DNA of 64,000 nucleotides from contig JAGBXW010000006.1 in assembly GCA_017629095.1 (NCBI GenBank), positions 34,995-98,994 on the forward strand. The letters run 5' to 3'. A program made the position numbers and the translations under genes. Of the stretch, positions 27,556 through 37,400 are shown piece by piece. This DNA comes from Treponema sp. (GTDB lineage: Bacteria; Spirochaetota; Spirochaetia; Treponematales; Treponemataceae). Position 1 is the stretch's first letter. Each line of letters opens with the position of its first letter. The notes beneath the pieces were generated by a model. That model saw nothing but the letters and a program-made list of their open reading frames with translations. It was not told where the DNA came from and did not search any database.

Positions 27556-28767
27556 ATGAGATTTCGTGAATTTTTTATTTATTCTTTTTGTATCGGTATA
27601 GTATTTTTGCTTCTTGCTTGTACAAGTACACCTCCAGCAATGGATTCTATTCCTGGAGAAGATGTGTCTGATGACTCCCCTATTGATCTCTTTCAGCCAG
27701 AAGAAATTCCCCCAACGGACAACCGTCTTGTGCTGACCTTTGGGGGAGATATTATGGCCCATGTTGAGAACTTTGGAATGACTGACTACAACATAATTTA
27801 CGCCGATATAGAAGAAATCATTCAAAATGATGACTTTACCTTTGCCAATTTGGAAACTCCCGTTCATGAGGGAAGACCTTACGAAAGCTACCCTACTTTT
27901 AATGTACAACCAGAATATGCTCAAGCTGCCATAGATGCAGGATTTGAAGTTTTTTCTTTGGCTAATAATCACACTAATGATCAAGGCTATGAAGGAATGG
28001 AAAAAACGCTGAGCTTTTTTCAGGCACAGGCGGCAGAAGGTGTTTATGCGGCAGGAATCAAGCCTGCAGGTTACCAAGGCCTTACCTACCAGGTCATTGA
28101 AAAAGGTGACTGGAAGATATTGTTTGTGGCGGTGACAGAAATCTTGAATCGCTTTAATGACTATCAAAAGATTGATTATGTGGCTCCTTCTGCCAGCCGA
28201 CGAAAGACGCTGTTTAAGGAATTGGCCCAACTGCGGCAAGAAAATCCCTGTGATGTGTTTGTGCTTTCCCTCCACACCTGCGAGGATGAGTATGTTCATG
28301 AGATTACCCAGGTGAGACGAGATTTTTATCGCACCTTGTTGGATAGCGGTGTTGACTTTGTGTGGGCAAATCACCCTCATTTGGCAAAGGAATGGGAAGT
28401 TTTTACGGCACCAGATGAAGAGTATCCCTCTGCCATGGCCATGTATGCCTTGGGAAACACCATTTCCGGCCAGCGGCGAGACCCCCAGTTTACCAAGCCA
28501 GAAACAAACCGAGACTATACGGGGGATGGCTACTTGATTCAAGTTGTTCTGGAAAAGGATGAGGAGGATTCAGATTTCAGGATTACCGACATTACCCCTC
28601 ACCTTATTACTACTTTCATTGATGAAAATAATAATTACCTTATCCACCAATTGAATGATGATTTTATTCAAAAGCTCCGTGGTGCTGGCAACGAAAAATG
28701 GGCCACCTACCTTGCTGCACGAAAAGCCTTAATGGAAAAAATTGGCCGTAAGGATGTGGTACGATAA
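27556..28767 (+). CDS. CapA/PGA_cap-family metallophosphatase-fold lipoprotein
   Basis: 'MRFREFFIYSFCIGIVFLLLAC' (signal plus lipobox-like), then 'FGGDIMAH', 'FANLETPV' and 'SLANNHTNDQGYEG', typical of CapA. The track start at 27460 would overlap the ppdK start codon region, so the ATG at 27556 is preferred. Confidence 0.75.
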   Translation: MRFREFFIYSFCIGIVFLLLACTSTPPAMDSIPGEDVSDDSPIDLFQPEEIPPTDNRLVLTFGGDIMAHVENFGMTDYNIIYADIEEIIQNDDFTFANLETPVHEGRPYESYPTFNVQPEYAQAAIDAGFEVFSLANNHTNDQGYEGMEKTLSFFQAQAAEGVYAAGIKPAGYQGLTYQVIEKGDWKILFVAVTEILNRFNDYQKIDYVAPSASRRKTLFKELAQLRQENPCDVFVLSLHTCEDEYVHEITQVRRDFYRTLLDSGVDFVWANHPHLAKEWEVFTAPDEEYPSAMAMYALGNTISGQRRDPQFTKPETNRDYTGDGYLIQVVLEKDEEDSDFRITDITPHLITTFIDENNNYLIHQLNDDFIQKLRGAGNEKWATYLAARKALMEKIGRKDVVR

Positions 28768-28808
28768 AAAAAACTCCCAGAGAAAGCCTGACGTGGAATC
28801 TCTGGGAG
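28765..28808 (-). terminator. intrinsic terminator for the GLUG-lipoprotein gene
   Basis: A 10-bp stem CTCCCAGAGA/TCTCTGGGAG (28774-83 / 28799-808). On the minus strand it is followed by T8 (A8 at 28766-73 on plus). Confidence 0.6.
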
Positions 28809-28897
28809 GGGGAATGTTTGTTGAGGGGCTTGATACATCTGATAACAATGTCGTCGAGAACTTATCTCGGCGACATTACCAGAAATTCTATTAACAA

Positions 28898-31558
28898 TTA
28901 ATACGTGATAACAGGATAAGAGTTTGAAGTAATGCTTTGGTTTTGTGGTACAACTGCTGCTCCTTCTGTAAGTTCAATATCAGAAATTGTCGCCTTTGAA
29001 CCTACAAAAATATACCCCTTACTAGTAACATTAGTAGTCGTCAATTGATAAGTATTGGTCGACTCTGTCGGTCCGAGAATCATTCTATTTCCTTTTGATA
29101 GAGTAATAGAACCATTTACTGTGTTAGCTCCATTAGGACATCTAAAAATAATAGTCATGTTTGTTGCATCTTCTGGAATCGTTATATTATCTGTAATAGT
29201 ACTATTAACATTGATAATATATGTTGCTCCAGAAATCCATTCAGTTGGAATACTTGTAACCATACCAACAACTTTAGAACATTCTTTAAGCTCTTGCCAT
29301 ATATCTTCACCAATGGCTGAACTAATATCTGGTAGTGGATAATATCCGTCAGTTTGCGTCCAAGATTCCCCTAGGTTATCGACCGTTATATTGGTTGAAT
29401 TCCTATTACTTGAATATGTATTATTATGAATACCTACAACCATTGCGTCATGATAATTATTTACGTCAGTAGCAGTTAATGATGATGTAATCACATATTT
29501 TGACGTAGGTCCTACATTTAAGGAATTTGTAATTTCTGAAGAATTACAACTTTCTATGTATGCAATACCCGCTGCATGAGAACCTGCAACAAATCCTTTA
29601 TTAAGGCAATTTAATATTGTTATTCCACCACCATATCCATTTCCCATAATACCTCCTGCATATCCAGAATCAGTAGTATTAGTAGCAATAAGATTCCCCA
29701 TATTGATAGATTTATCAACAATAATAGTAGCATTTTCATTTTTACCTACAAGACCACCAACAGATTGGTTACCTGTAAGATTTCCAAAATTTACACAATC
29801 AGAAACAGTAAGTGTAGCAGTTTCATAGACATATCCAATAATTCCACCTGTGGCGACACCACTTGAATTAGCAGAATTTTCGATATTTATTTTGTTAATG
29901 CAAGATTCAATAGTAGTGGCCCCTGCAACATATCCTGCAATCCCCCCAGTGTAATGATTTGAATTAATTGTTCCACTAACTATAAGATTTTTGACGGTTG
30001 CCCCTTCAGAGTCCGAACCGAGATAGGCAAAAAATCCTACAGGGTTATTACCATTATCAGAAATAGTAATACCTGAAATAGTCTTGTTCTGTCCATCAAA
30101 GGTACCCTGAAAAGATTTAGAACTACTATTACCAATAGGTATCCAGTTTTCTGTTAAGGTAATATCTTCCGCTAATATAACATCTATATCTGTCTCTTGG
30201 ACTGTATATGTTTTTCCACCTACAGTAATAGCTTGTGCCAACGTTCCATTTACAATATCTCTAAAGTTTTTTAACCCAGCTTCATTGTGAATGGTAAGAA
30301 TATTAGAGGTTGAATCGTACGACAAGCCAATACCTTCATCATAATTTGATATTGATGCAATCTCCACTTTCCCTTCATCATTTAAGGAGTATGTAGTGTT
30401 ATTAGTTCCAACAACTTCAAAAAAGGCATTCAAATCACCAGTATAGCCATTCTTGTTAACTACTTGAATGTTTTCTGGAGTTGTACTACCAACGGTAATT
30501 TTAACTTTGTTAGCATCCTGAAGACTTAAATTTTGATTCAATTGTATTACAGGATATGTTGTTGACATGGCCACACTGAAATAAATTTCTGTGGCAGCAA
30601 AACTCTCTGCTAGATTCAATTGAGCTTGGGATGAACCTTGGTGCAAGTAAATGTCAGCTGCACCAGATAAGCCACTAGTATTACCAGAGAAACTTACATT
30701 ATTGAGTGTTGTTGTTCCACTGAAAATAAAAAGTGAAGATGGAGAAACATAATCATTACTATTGTTATTTTTTGTTATTACACTATTTGTCATATTCAGT
30801 GTTCCTGAAGAATAAACTAGAGGTTGCTCCACTGCACTATTCTGTCCATCAAGAGTAATAATAAAAGAATTACTGGAGTTACCAAGATTCAAAGTTCCAG
30901 TAACATTAAACAGTTTGTCAGTAAAGTTATTTTTTCTGATTATAGTCACATTGTTAGTGGGAATAATTGTGGTATTAGAGGAAATAGTAATACTACTGGT
31001 GGCTTCCATTGTATATAAACCGGATGAATCTGGTGTACCTGCAATATAGATAGCGTTGGTGGTAGTAGAATCACTCACAATGGTAACTAAATCTGCCCAA
31101 GTGGTTACAGGGTTAGTTTGAGAACCAAGAGGGGCGGTTGTATCAGGAACGAGACTAGGTGTTAAGTCGATGGGATTATCTTCAGCCTTTACCACAATCC
31201 AATCACTTTCATCGGCATATTTTATTCCGTTTGCTATACCTAGCAGCTCTACCTTAACCTTGAGCTCTGTACCTACTTCTACAGGTTCAAAGGGTAAACT
31301 GACCGGTACTCCCGAGGCTGCTCTTGTTTCCTGAGTTTGTAATGTGGAACCATCTTGTAGTTCAAGCCATGCTGTTATATTCCAATCGACTCCAGTGACA
31401 GAACGACTTACACGACTAGAAGTTCCATCAATAACAGGTGTAACAAAAGATACAGAAAAATTGTTCTCTTTTTTTAACAAAACATTATTACAACCAATGG
31501 TCAAAATGGCCACAATAAGGCCACACAACAAAGCTGGTAAAAAAAATCTTTTATTCAT
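28898..31558 (-). CDS. large surface-type lipoprotein with beta-helix-like N/T/S-rich repeats and GLUG-motif repeats
   Basis: 'MNKRFFLPALLCGLIVAILTIGC' (signal plus lipobox). The centre carries repeated 'GG[IL][AIVM]G' units spaced ~25-35 aa apart (TGGIAGYV, TGGIIGYV, VGGLVGKN, AGGIMGNG), matching the GLUG motif. An N-proximal imperfect N/T/S/I-rich region suggests a parallel beta-helix. The start is set at the ATG at 31558 (GAGG 6 nt upstream). An in-frame ATG at 31606 lies upstream of the G9 tract. Confidence 0.75.
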   Translation of the reverse strand: MNKRFFLPALLCGLIVAILTIGCNNVLLKKENNFSVSFVTPVIDGTSSRVSRSVTGVDWNITAWLELQDGSTLQTQETRAASGVPVSLPFEPVEVGTELKVKVELLGIANGIKYADESDWIVVKAEDNPIDLTPSLVPDTTAPLGSQTNPVTTWADLVTIVSDSTTTNAIYIAGTPDSSGLYTMEATSSITISSNTTIIPTNNVTIIRKNNFTDKLFNVTGTLNLGNSSNSFIITLDGQNSAVEQPLVYSSGTLNMTNSVITKNNNSNDYVSPSSLFIFSGTTTLNNVSFSGNTSGLSGAADIYLHQGSSQAQLNLAESFAATEIYFSVAMSTTYPVIQLNQNLSLQDANKVKITVGSTTPENIQVVNKNGYTGDLNAFFEVVGTNNTTYSLNDEGKVEIASISNYDEGIGLSYDSTSNILTIHNEAGLKNFRDIVNGTLAQAITVGGKTYTVQETDIDVILAEDITLTENWIPIGNSSSKSFQGTFDGQNKTISGITISDNGNNPVGFFAYLGSDSEGATVKNLIVSGTINSNHYTGGIAGYVAGATTIESCINKINIENSANSSGVATGGIIGYVYETATLTVSDCVNFGNLTGNQSVGGLVGKNENATIIVDKSINMGNLIATNTTDSGYAGGIMGNGYGGGITILNCLNKGFVAGSHAAGIAYIESCNSSEITNSLNVGPTSKYVITSSLTATDVNNYHDAMVVGIHNNTYSSNRNSTNITVDNLGESWTQTDGYYPLPDISSAIGEDIWQELKECSKVVGMVTSIPTEWISGATYIINVNSTITDNITIPEDATNMTIIFRCPNGANTVNGSITLSKGNRMILGPTESTNTYQLTTTNVTSKGYIFVGSKATISDIELTEGAAVVPQNQSITSNSYPVITY

Positions 31559-31578
31559 TATAACCTCATCATGAAATA

Positions 31579-31587
31579 CCCCCCCCC
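31579..31587 (-). repeat. homopolymeric G9 tract (C9 on plus strand) in the leader of the GLUG-lipoprotein gene
   Basis: ...ATAGATATAGGGGGGGGGTATTTCATGATGAGGTTATAATG on the minus strand. The tract lies 21-29 nt upstream of the ATG at 31558. It is the longest G/C homopolymer I found in the window; all others seen are 7 nt or shorter and lie in coding sequence. Confidence 0.95.
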
Positions 31588-31645
31588 TATATCTATAAAC
31601 TATCATTAGTTATAACAATAGGAGGCGAAATAATGTTATTATAAG

Positions 31646-31674
31646 ATTTTAACGCAGGAAATGGATTTTGACAA
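31646..31674 (-). promoter_or_regulatory. sigma-70-like promoter for the GLUG-lipoprotein gene
   Basis: Minus strand: TTGTCA (31674-69), a 17-nt spacer, then TAAAAT (31651-46). This places the G9 tract about 55 nt into the transcript. Confidence 0.5.
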
Positions 31675-31694
31675 CAATTTAATAGAAATAATCC

Positions 31695-31723
31695 TTGAGA
31701 AAGGCTCTTTTCTCCATTATAAT
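31695..31723 (+). promoter_or_regulatory. sigma-70-like promoter for the helicase/A2M/pbpC genes
   Basis: TTGAGA (31695-700), a 17-nt spacer, then TATAAT (31718-23). It sits 43 nt upstream of the ATG at 31766. Confidence 0.55.
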
Positions 31724-31765
31724 TGATAGTAGAATTTTCTCAAAATTACACAAAGGGGCATATAC

Positions 31766-34405
31766 ATGAAAAATAATTACACCGACCTGCCTGTTTACCA
31801 GCAAAAAGAGCGGATTCTTGAAACCTTAGCCACAAACCAAGTGGTGGTGGTGCAAAGTCCCACTGGCTCAGGAAAAACCACCCAGCTACCAGTAATACTC
31901 CATGAGGCAGGCTATTCTCAATCTGGCATCATTGCCGTTACACAGCCCCGTAGAATTGCAGCCCTTAGTGTCAGTGAGTTTATTGCTAAGCAGCTAAAAA
32001 CCTCCTATCCTGGTTTGGTGGGCTACAAGATGCGGTTTGAAGATAAAACCGATGCCACCACCAGAATCAAAATCATGACCGACGGTATTTTATTGCAGGA
32101 AATGAAGTTAGATCCCTGGCTTTCTCGGTATTCGGTGGTGATGGTAGATGAAGCCCATGAACGGAGCTTAAATATCGATTTTGTACTAGGCTTGCTGAAG
32201 CGAGTGCTGGCTGCCCGAAAGGATTTTAAGGTAATCGTTTCCTCTGCCACCATGAACACGGAAGTGTTTTCCAATTACTTTGACGGTTGCCCCATCGTCA
32301 CCATAGATACCATCACCTACCCTGTCACTGTAGTTTACGACCCACCAGAGGTGGCAGCCAGTACCAATAGCACCATTGCAGCCCAGGCCCTCTTGTCCAA
32401 GATAGAGGACACTATTGGCCGAGTACTGGATAACAGGGAGCCGGGAGATATCCTGTGCTTTTTGCCGGGAGAAAAAATCATCAAAGATTGTATGCGTAAA
32501 TTGGCAAATGCATCCTTTGGCAGAAAGCTCCATTTGGTTCCTCTGTATGGTCGTCTGGCTAAGGAGGAACAGGAGCGAGTCTTTGATTCCCCTCCCTTTG
32601 GGAAGAAAAAGGTTGTTATTTCCACCAATATTGCAGAAACCAGCGTTACCATTGCAGGAATTACCACCGTCATTGACTCAGGACTGGCAAAGTTAAATCA
32701 TTATAATCCTAGGACCTATACTTCAAGCCTGGTGGAAAGCTCTGTTTCCAAGGCCTCCTGCAACCAGCGGAAGGGACGAGCAGGCCGAACTCAGCCAGGA
32801 ACCTGCTACCGCCTCTATCCTACCCAGGACTTTAATCAGCGGCAAATGTACACCACCGAGGAGATTTATCGCACCGATTTGTCAGAGGTGGTGTTGCGTA
32901 TGTCCGAGCTTGGGATTACAGATTTCCAACGATTTGACTTTATCTCTCCTCCTAGCTACGAGGGTATGGCTGGTGCCGTGGAAACATTGCGGATGCTGGG
33001 AGCCTTGGAGGAGGACAATACCCTTTCTTCCATCGGTAAGCTCATGGTGGAATTCCCTCTTATGCCTAGAATCAGTCGCATTATTGTGGAAGCCATCTTG
33101 AAATATCCTGATGTGCTGGAAGAAGCCCTCATTGCAGCAGCCTTCCTTTCCACCACCTCTCCCTTTGTGTTGCCTCCCGGAGAAGAAACAGATGCCCGCA
33201 AGGCCCACCACTCCTTCCGAGATGTGCAGGGAGACTTTGTATCCTACGTAAAGCTGTTCCGCACCTATGTTTCCATCAAGAACAAGCAAAAATTCTGCAA
33301 GAATAGCTACCTCGACGAGCGAGTTATGGCAGAAATCCTGAACATCAAGGAGCAGCTGGAGCAGATTGTAACAGACCAGGGAATTCCCTTAGGTGGTGGT
33401 GGCTCCACTGATGATTATTTATGTTGCATTGCCTGTGGTATGGTGCAGTTTGTCTGTGTTCGCTCTGGAAGAGAAAATTATCGCACCCTTACTGCAGAAA
33501 ATATCCAGATTCACCCTGGCTCCAACATGTTCCGCTCCGATCCCTTGTACATGGTAGCTGGTGAGATTGTCCGAACCTCCCGTATGTTCGCCATGTCAGT
33601 GTCTCCCCTTACCCGCAATATTCTTTCCCGCATTTCTTCTCATGACGGAAAAGGCACCTTAGAGGCACGACTTTTGGAATTGCAGGGAAAGAGTCAGCGA
33701 GGCAAGGGATTGAAAGATGGCTCTGGCAAAGATGGCTTAGGACGCAGACGGGAGTCGGATTCTCTTTCTCGCAAGGAAAAGCCTTCAGGAAAGGGCGGCA
33801 AGGATACAGGTAAATCTGGTGGTAAGGATGAACTTCCAGAAACGCTGGTACTTGGAGGCCAAGTCTTTGAAATAGAGCGAGTTAAGGGGAAAAAATCCTT
33901 GATTCTGCCTCTGAACCAATTAAAGGAAGCCCTACAAGCACTGGAAAATGCTGGAGAAGAAGGCAAGCTTGCTCAGGCTGGAGGATTAAAGGCCAAGGTA
34001 AAGATTGGAGGTAGCTGGCTTTTAAGCGGAGAGCGTGCAGACTTGGTATTCAACCTTGTACGTCGCTTGAACCTGACTCCCATAAAGGAAAATCAGTGGA
34101 ACCGCAAGGCAAATCTTTCTGTCAATAGCCCAGAAGAAACAACTCAACTGATTCAAAGTTTAGATTTAATTTTGCGAGTGGCAGAAGCCAAGTCCAAGTC
34201 TAAGGAATTGGGATTTATTTGTCTTTTTAGTGACGGAAGAGGCTCTTATTGGTTTAAGGTAAGTAGAGGTTTTGCCACTGCCTTGAACGAAAGCCTTTCC
34301 AGTCTGGAAACCCTCATAGATGAAACTTCAGGCTCCCTTTCTGAGGGAGAAAAGGCCCATTTGAGCATTATCTATCGGAAATTGGCCGACTTGTACAATC
34401 AATAA
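31766..34405 (+). CDS. DEAH-box ATP-dependent RNA helicase (HrpA/HrpB-like) with an atypical C-terminal region
   Basis: 'SPTGSGKTTQLP' (motif I), 'VMVDEAHERS' (II), 'SATM' (III), 'TNIAETSVTI' (V) and 'QRKGRAGR' (VI). After about aa 640 there is a K/G/S/D-rich low-complexity linker, then ~190 aa with no motif I recognise. Confidence 0.88.
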   Translation: MKNNYTDLPVYQQKERILETLATNQVVVVQSPTGSGKTTQLPVILHEAGYSQSGIIAVTQPRRIAALSVSEFIAKQLKTSYPGLVGYKMRFEDKTDATTRIKIMTDGILLQEMKLDPWLSRYSVVMVDEAHERSLNIDFVLGLLKRVLAARKDFKVIVSSATMNTEVFSNYFDGCPIVTIDTITYPVTVVYDPPEVAASTNSTIAAQALLSKIEDTIGRVLDNREPGDILCFLPGEKIIKDCMRKLANASFGRKLHLVPLYGRLAKEEQERVFDSPPFGKKKVVISTNIAETSVTIAGITTVIDSGLAKLNHYNPRTYTSSLVESSVSKASCNQRKGRAGRTQPGTCYRLYPTQDFNQRQMYTTEEIYRTDLSEVVLRMSELGITDFQRFDFISPPSYEGMAGAVETLRMLGALEEDNTLSSIGKLMVEFPLMPRISRIIVEAILKYPDVLEEALIAAAFLSTTSPFVLPPGEETDARKAHHSFRDVQGDFVSYVKLFRTYVSIKNKQKFCKNSYLDERVMAEILNIKEQLEQIVTDQGIPLGGGGSTDDYLCCIACGMVQFVCVRSGRENYRTLTAENIQIHPGSNMFRSDPLYMVAGEIVRTSRMFAMSVSPLTRNILSRISSHDGKGTLEARLLELQGKSQRGKGLKDGSGKDGLGRRRESDSLSRKEKPSGKGGKDTGKSGGKDELPETLVLGGQVFEIERVKGKKSLILPLNQLKEALQALENAGEEGKLAQAGGLKAKVKIGGSWLLSGERADLVFNLVRRLNLTPIKENQWNRKANLSVNSPEETTQLIQSLDLILRVAEAKSKSKELGFICLFSDGRGSYWFKVSRGFATALNESLSSLETLIDETSGSLSEGEKAHLSIIYRKLADLYNQ

Positions 34406-34433
34406 AAGCCCATCATTGGTGGAGGAATATACG

Positions 34434-37400
34434 ATGAAAAAGATAGTTTTTTGGATTTCAACGATTTGTATGGTGCAGTTGCTGTTTTTAGCCTGTGCCA
34501 AGCAGGAAAAAATCACGGTGGACTACCGTTCTTATGCACCAGACATGGATTATAGGCTTACCGAGCCAGACCAGTTAACGGTAAGTTTTAAAGGTTCCGT
34601 GGCAAAGCTCGAAGATATGGAAAAAGAAGCTCTGGAAGAAGGGCTTATTTCCATAGAACCTGCCATTAAAGGAAGCTGGCACTGGGATACGGACACTGAT
34701 TTGGTGTTTACCCCCTTGGAAGACTGGCAACTTGCCACAAGGTATAAGGTGAAATTCTCCTCTGAGCTTTTTCCTGAGCATATTACAGTGAAAAATGAGT
34801 TTTCATTTACCACCTCTGGCTTTATTTTATCCATCAATGAGCCAGATTTTTATATTGACCCAGAAAATCCTTCTGTAAAGCGGGTAACCTTCGGTTTAAA
34901 AGGTTCTCATCCCCTCGCCACAGAAACAGTAGAAAAGGCTGTTTCAATGAAACTAGAACTTTTGAATGAAAAGGGTGCAGTGGTTTCCACCAAGGATTAT
35001 GCCTTTGAGATTTCCTACAATGATACTGGTACCGTGGCCTATGTAATAAGTGAGCCAGTGGAAATGCCCATCAGAACCTCCATCATGAAAATTACCGTTG
35101 CTGGTGGCATCAAGTCCCTGCGGGGTGGCTCTGCCAGCAAGAAGATGGAAGCTTCCGTGGATATTCCTGGTATGAGTGATTATGTGCGGATTACAAGTAT
35201 TGGTCATGCCTTGGTTCAAAATCAGCAGCAAAATTACGATCAAGTGCTGACGGTGGAGACAAAGGGATCCATTGCTGGGGAAGAAATTGCAGAAAATATT
35301 ACGGTGTGGCAGCTTCCAGTGAATCGAGCTACTGAACAGGGCTGGAAGGAAAGCAAGAACCACCACTGGAGTGTGCAGGAGGTAACAGATTTAGCCCTGT
35401 CCCAGTCACAAAAGATCCCTGTTCACTTGATTCCCACAGAAGAAAAACATGCCACTTTAAATAGCTTTACCTTTGACGCAGAGCCCAATCGTTATCTGTA
35501 TGTAAAGATTTCGGGAGATTTGGACTTTTTGGGAGGTTACAAATATTCTGACACCTATGAAACCATAGTTCGGGTAAAGGAATATCCCACAGAATTGGGA
35601 ATTTTATCAGAGGGAACCATACTTTCCCTGGCTGGCAGCAAGAAGATGGCCCTCTATTCCCGTGGAGTTTCTGAGGTGGAGTATTCTCTGTCTCGCATTA
35701 TGCCCAAGGATGTGAACCATTTGGTGTCCATGTCCAACCAGAACATGAAGAACTTTGAGTTCTCCAGTTACAATTTTGACGAAGACAATATTTCTGAGAC
35801 AATTACCAGTCGTTACGTTGTTCCTGATGCCAGCAAGGAAGAAATCTCTTATTTCTCTTATGATTTTTCCAACCAGCTGAAAAATGACCCTGCTCGTAAT
35901 CTGAAAAACGGACTATTTATTTTTGAAGCAAAGCAGTATAAGGGAAATATATCTGATAAACGCTTTATTTTAGTGACAGATTTAGGCTTCTTTGTAAAGC
36001 GCAACTCAGACTTAAGCTACGATGTGTTCGTTCAGTCCATTGCCACAGGTCGTCCCGTTCCCAATGCCACCGTGCGGGTTATTGGCTTAAACGGGAATAC
36101 CCTTGTTTCCACTAGAGCCTCCAGCGATGGCCACGCTCACCTGCCCAGTCTTACCAACTACCGAGATGAGCATAGTCCCACTGCCTTTATTGTGGAAACA
36201 GCAAACGACCTGTCCTTCATGCCCTATTCCCAGCGTGGCCGTACCTTAGATTACTCCAACTTTGATGTAGGAGGTGTTTACGGGGCAACAGAAGCCACCA
36301 AGGTTTCTGCCTATATGTTTTCAGACCGAGGAATGTATCGCCCCGGAGATACGGTAAATCTAGGACTCATTGTAAAGTCTGGTGACTGGAACTTGAACCT
36401 GCGGGGATTACCCTTGGAGCTGGTGGTTACAGATTCTAGTGGCTCCACCTTGTACAGCCATCAGCTACAGCTTTCTGATGCAGGCTTTGAGGAAGTAAGT
36501 TTTTCCACCAGAGAATATTCTCCCACAGGCTTGTATGTGGCAAACCTCTATCTTCTCAAAGAAATGTCCAATGGAGACATTCGTCGGGAATACCTAGCAG
36601 ATTGTTCGGTAAAGGTGGAGGAATTCCTACCTGATACCCTTACCCTGTCCGCAGGTTTTGAGCCCCTTCCAAAGGAAGGCTGGATCAATCCCGGTGACTT
36701 GACTGGAACAATCAGCCTCAAAAACCTGTTTGGAACTCCTGCTGCAGGTAATGAGGTAAAGGCCCAGCTTTTCTTGACTCCTGGTTTCCCCAATTTACGT
36801 GCTTACAAGGATTATCGCTTTGCAGATCCCTATTCCAGGGACAATTCCTACCAGGAATTCCTTGGTAGTGCCAGTACCAATGACAAAGGACAGGCTGAAT
36901 TCACAATTGACCTGCAAAAATTCCAGCAGGCAACCTACCGAATGGAGTTTTACGTAGAAGCCTTTGAAAAAGGAAGTGGTCGTTCAGTAACCCAGCAGTC
37001 TAGCCTCTATGTATCTCCCCTGCAGCACCTCATTGGCTACAAGGCCGACGGAGATTTGAGTTATATTAACAGTGGCTCCAAACGAAAGGTTGACTTTATT
37101 GCTATAGACCAGGCTCTTGAAAAGATTGCCGTCAATGACCTAACCCTTACACTGGAGGAAAAACGATACGTTTCCACCCTCATGAAGCAACCCAATGGCT
37201 TGTACAAGTACCAGTCCGTGCAGAAAAAATATCCTCTTGAGCAAAAGCAAATTGCAATTCCTCAGGAAGGCTTGGAATATTATTTGCCTACAGACAAGGA
37301 TGGTGAGTTTGTGCTGACAATCAGCGACAAGGAGGGCTTGGTATATAATTCCTTCTCCTACAGCGTAGTTGGCTCCCAAAATATTGCCCGAAGCCTCACC

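Noticed and set aside
27472-28542. A 356-aa ORF on the minus strand, antisense to the CapA-like gene.
   Set aside because: Its codons are exactly aligned with the sense codons (28540-27460 is divisible by 3). It therefore stays open simply because the sense gene avoids TTA/CTA/TCA codons. It has no RBS, no start context and no recognisable motif, and the sense strand carries clear CapA signatures.
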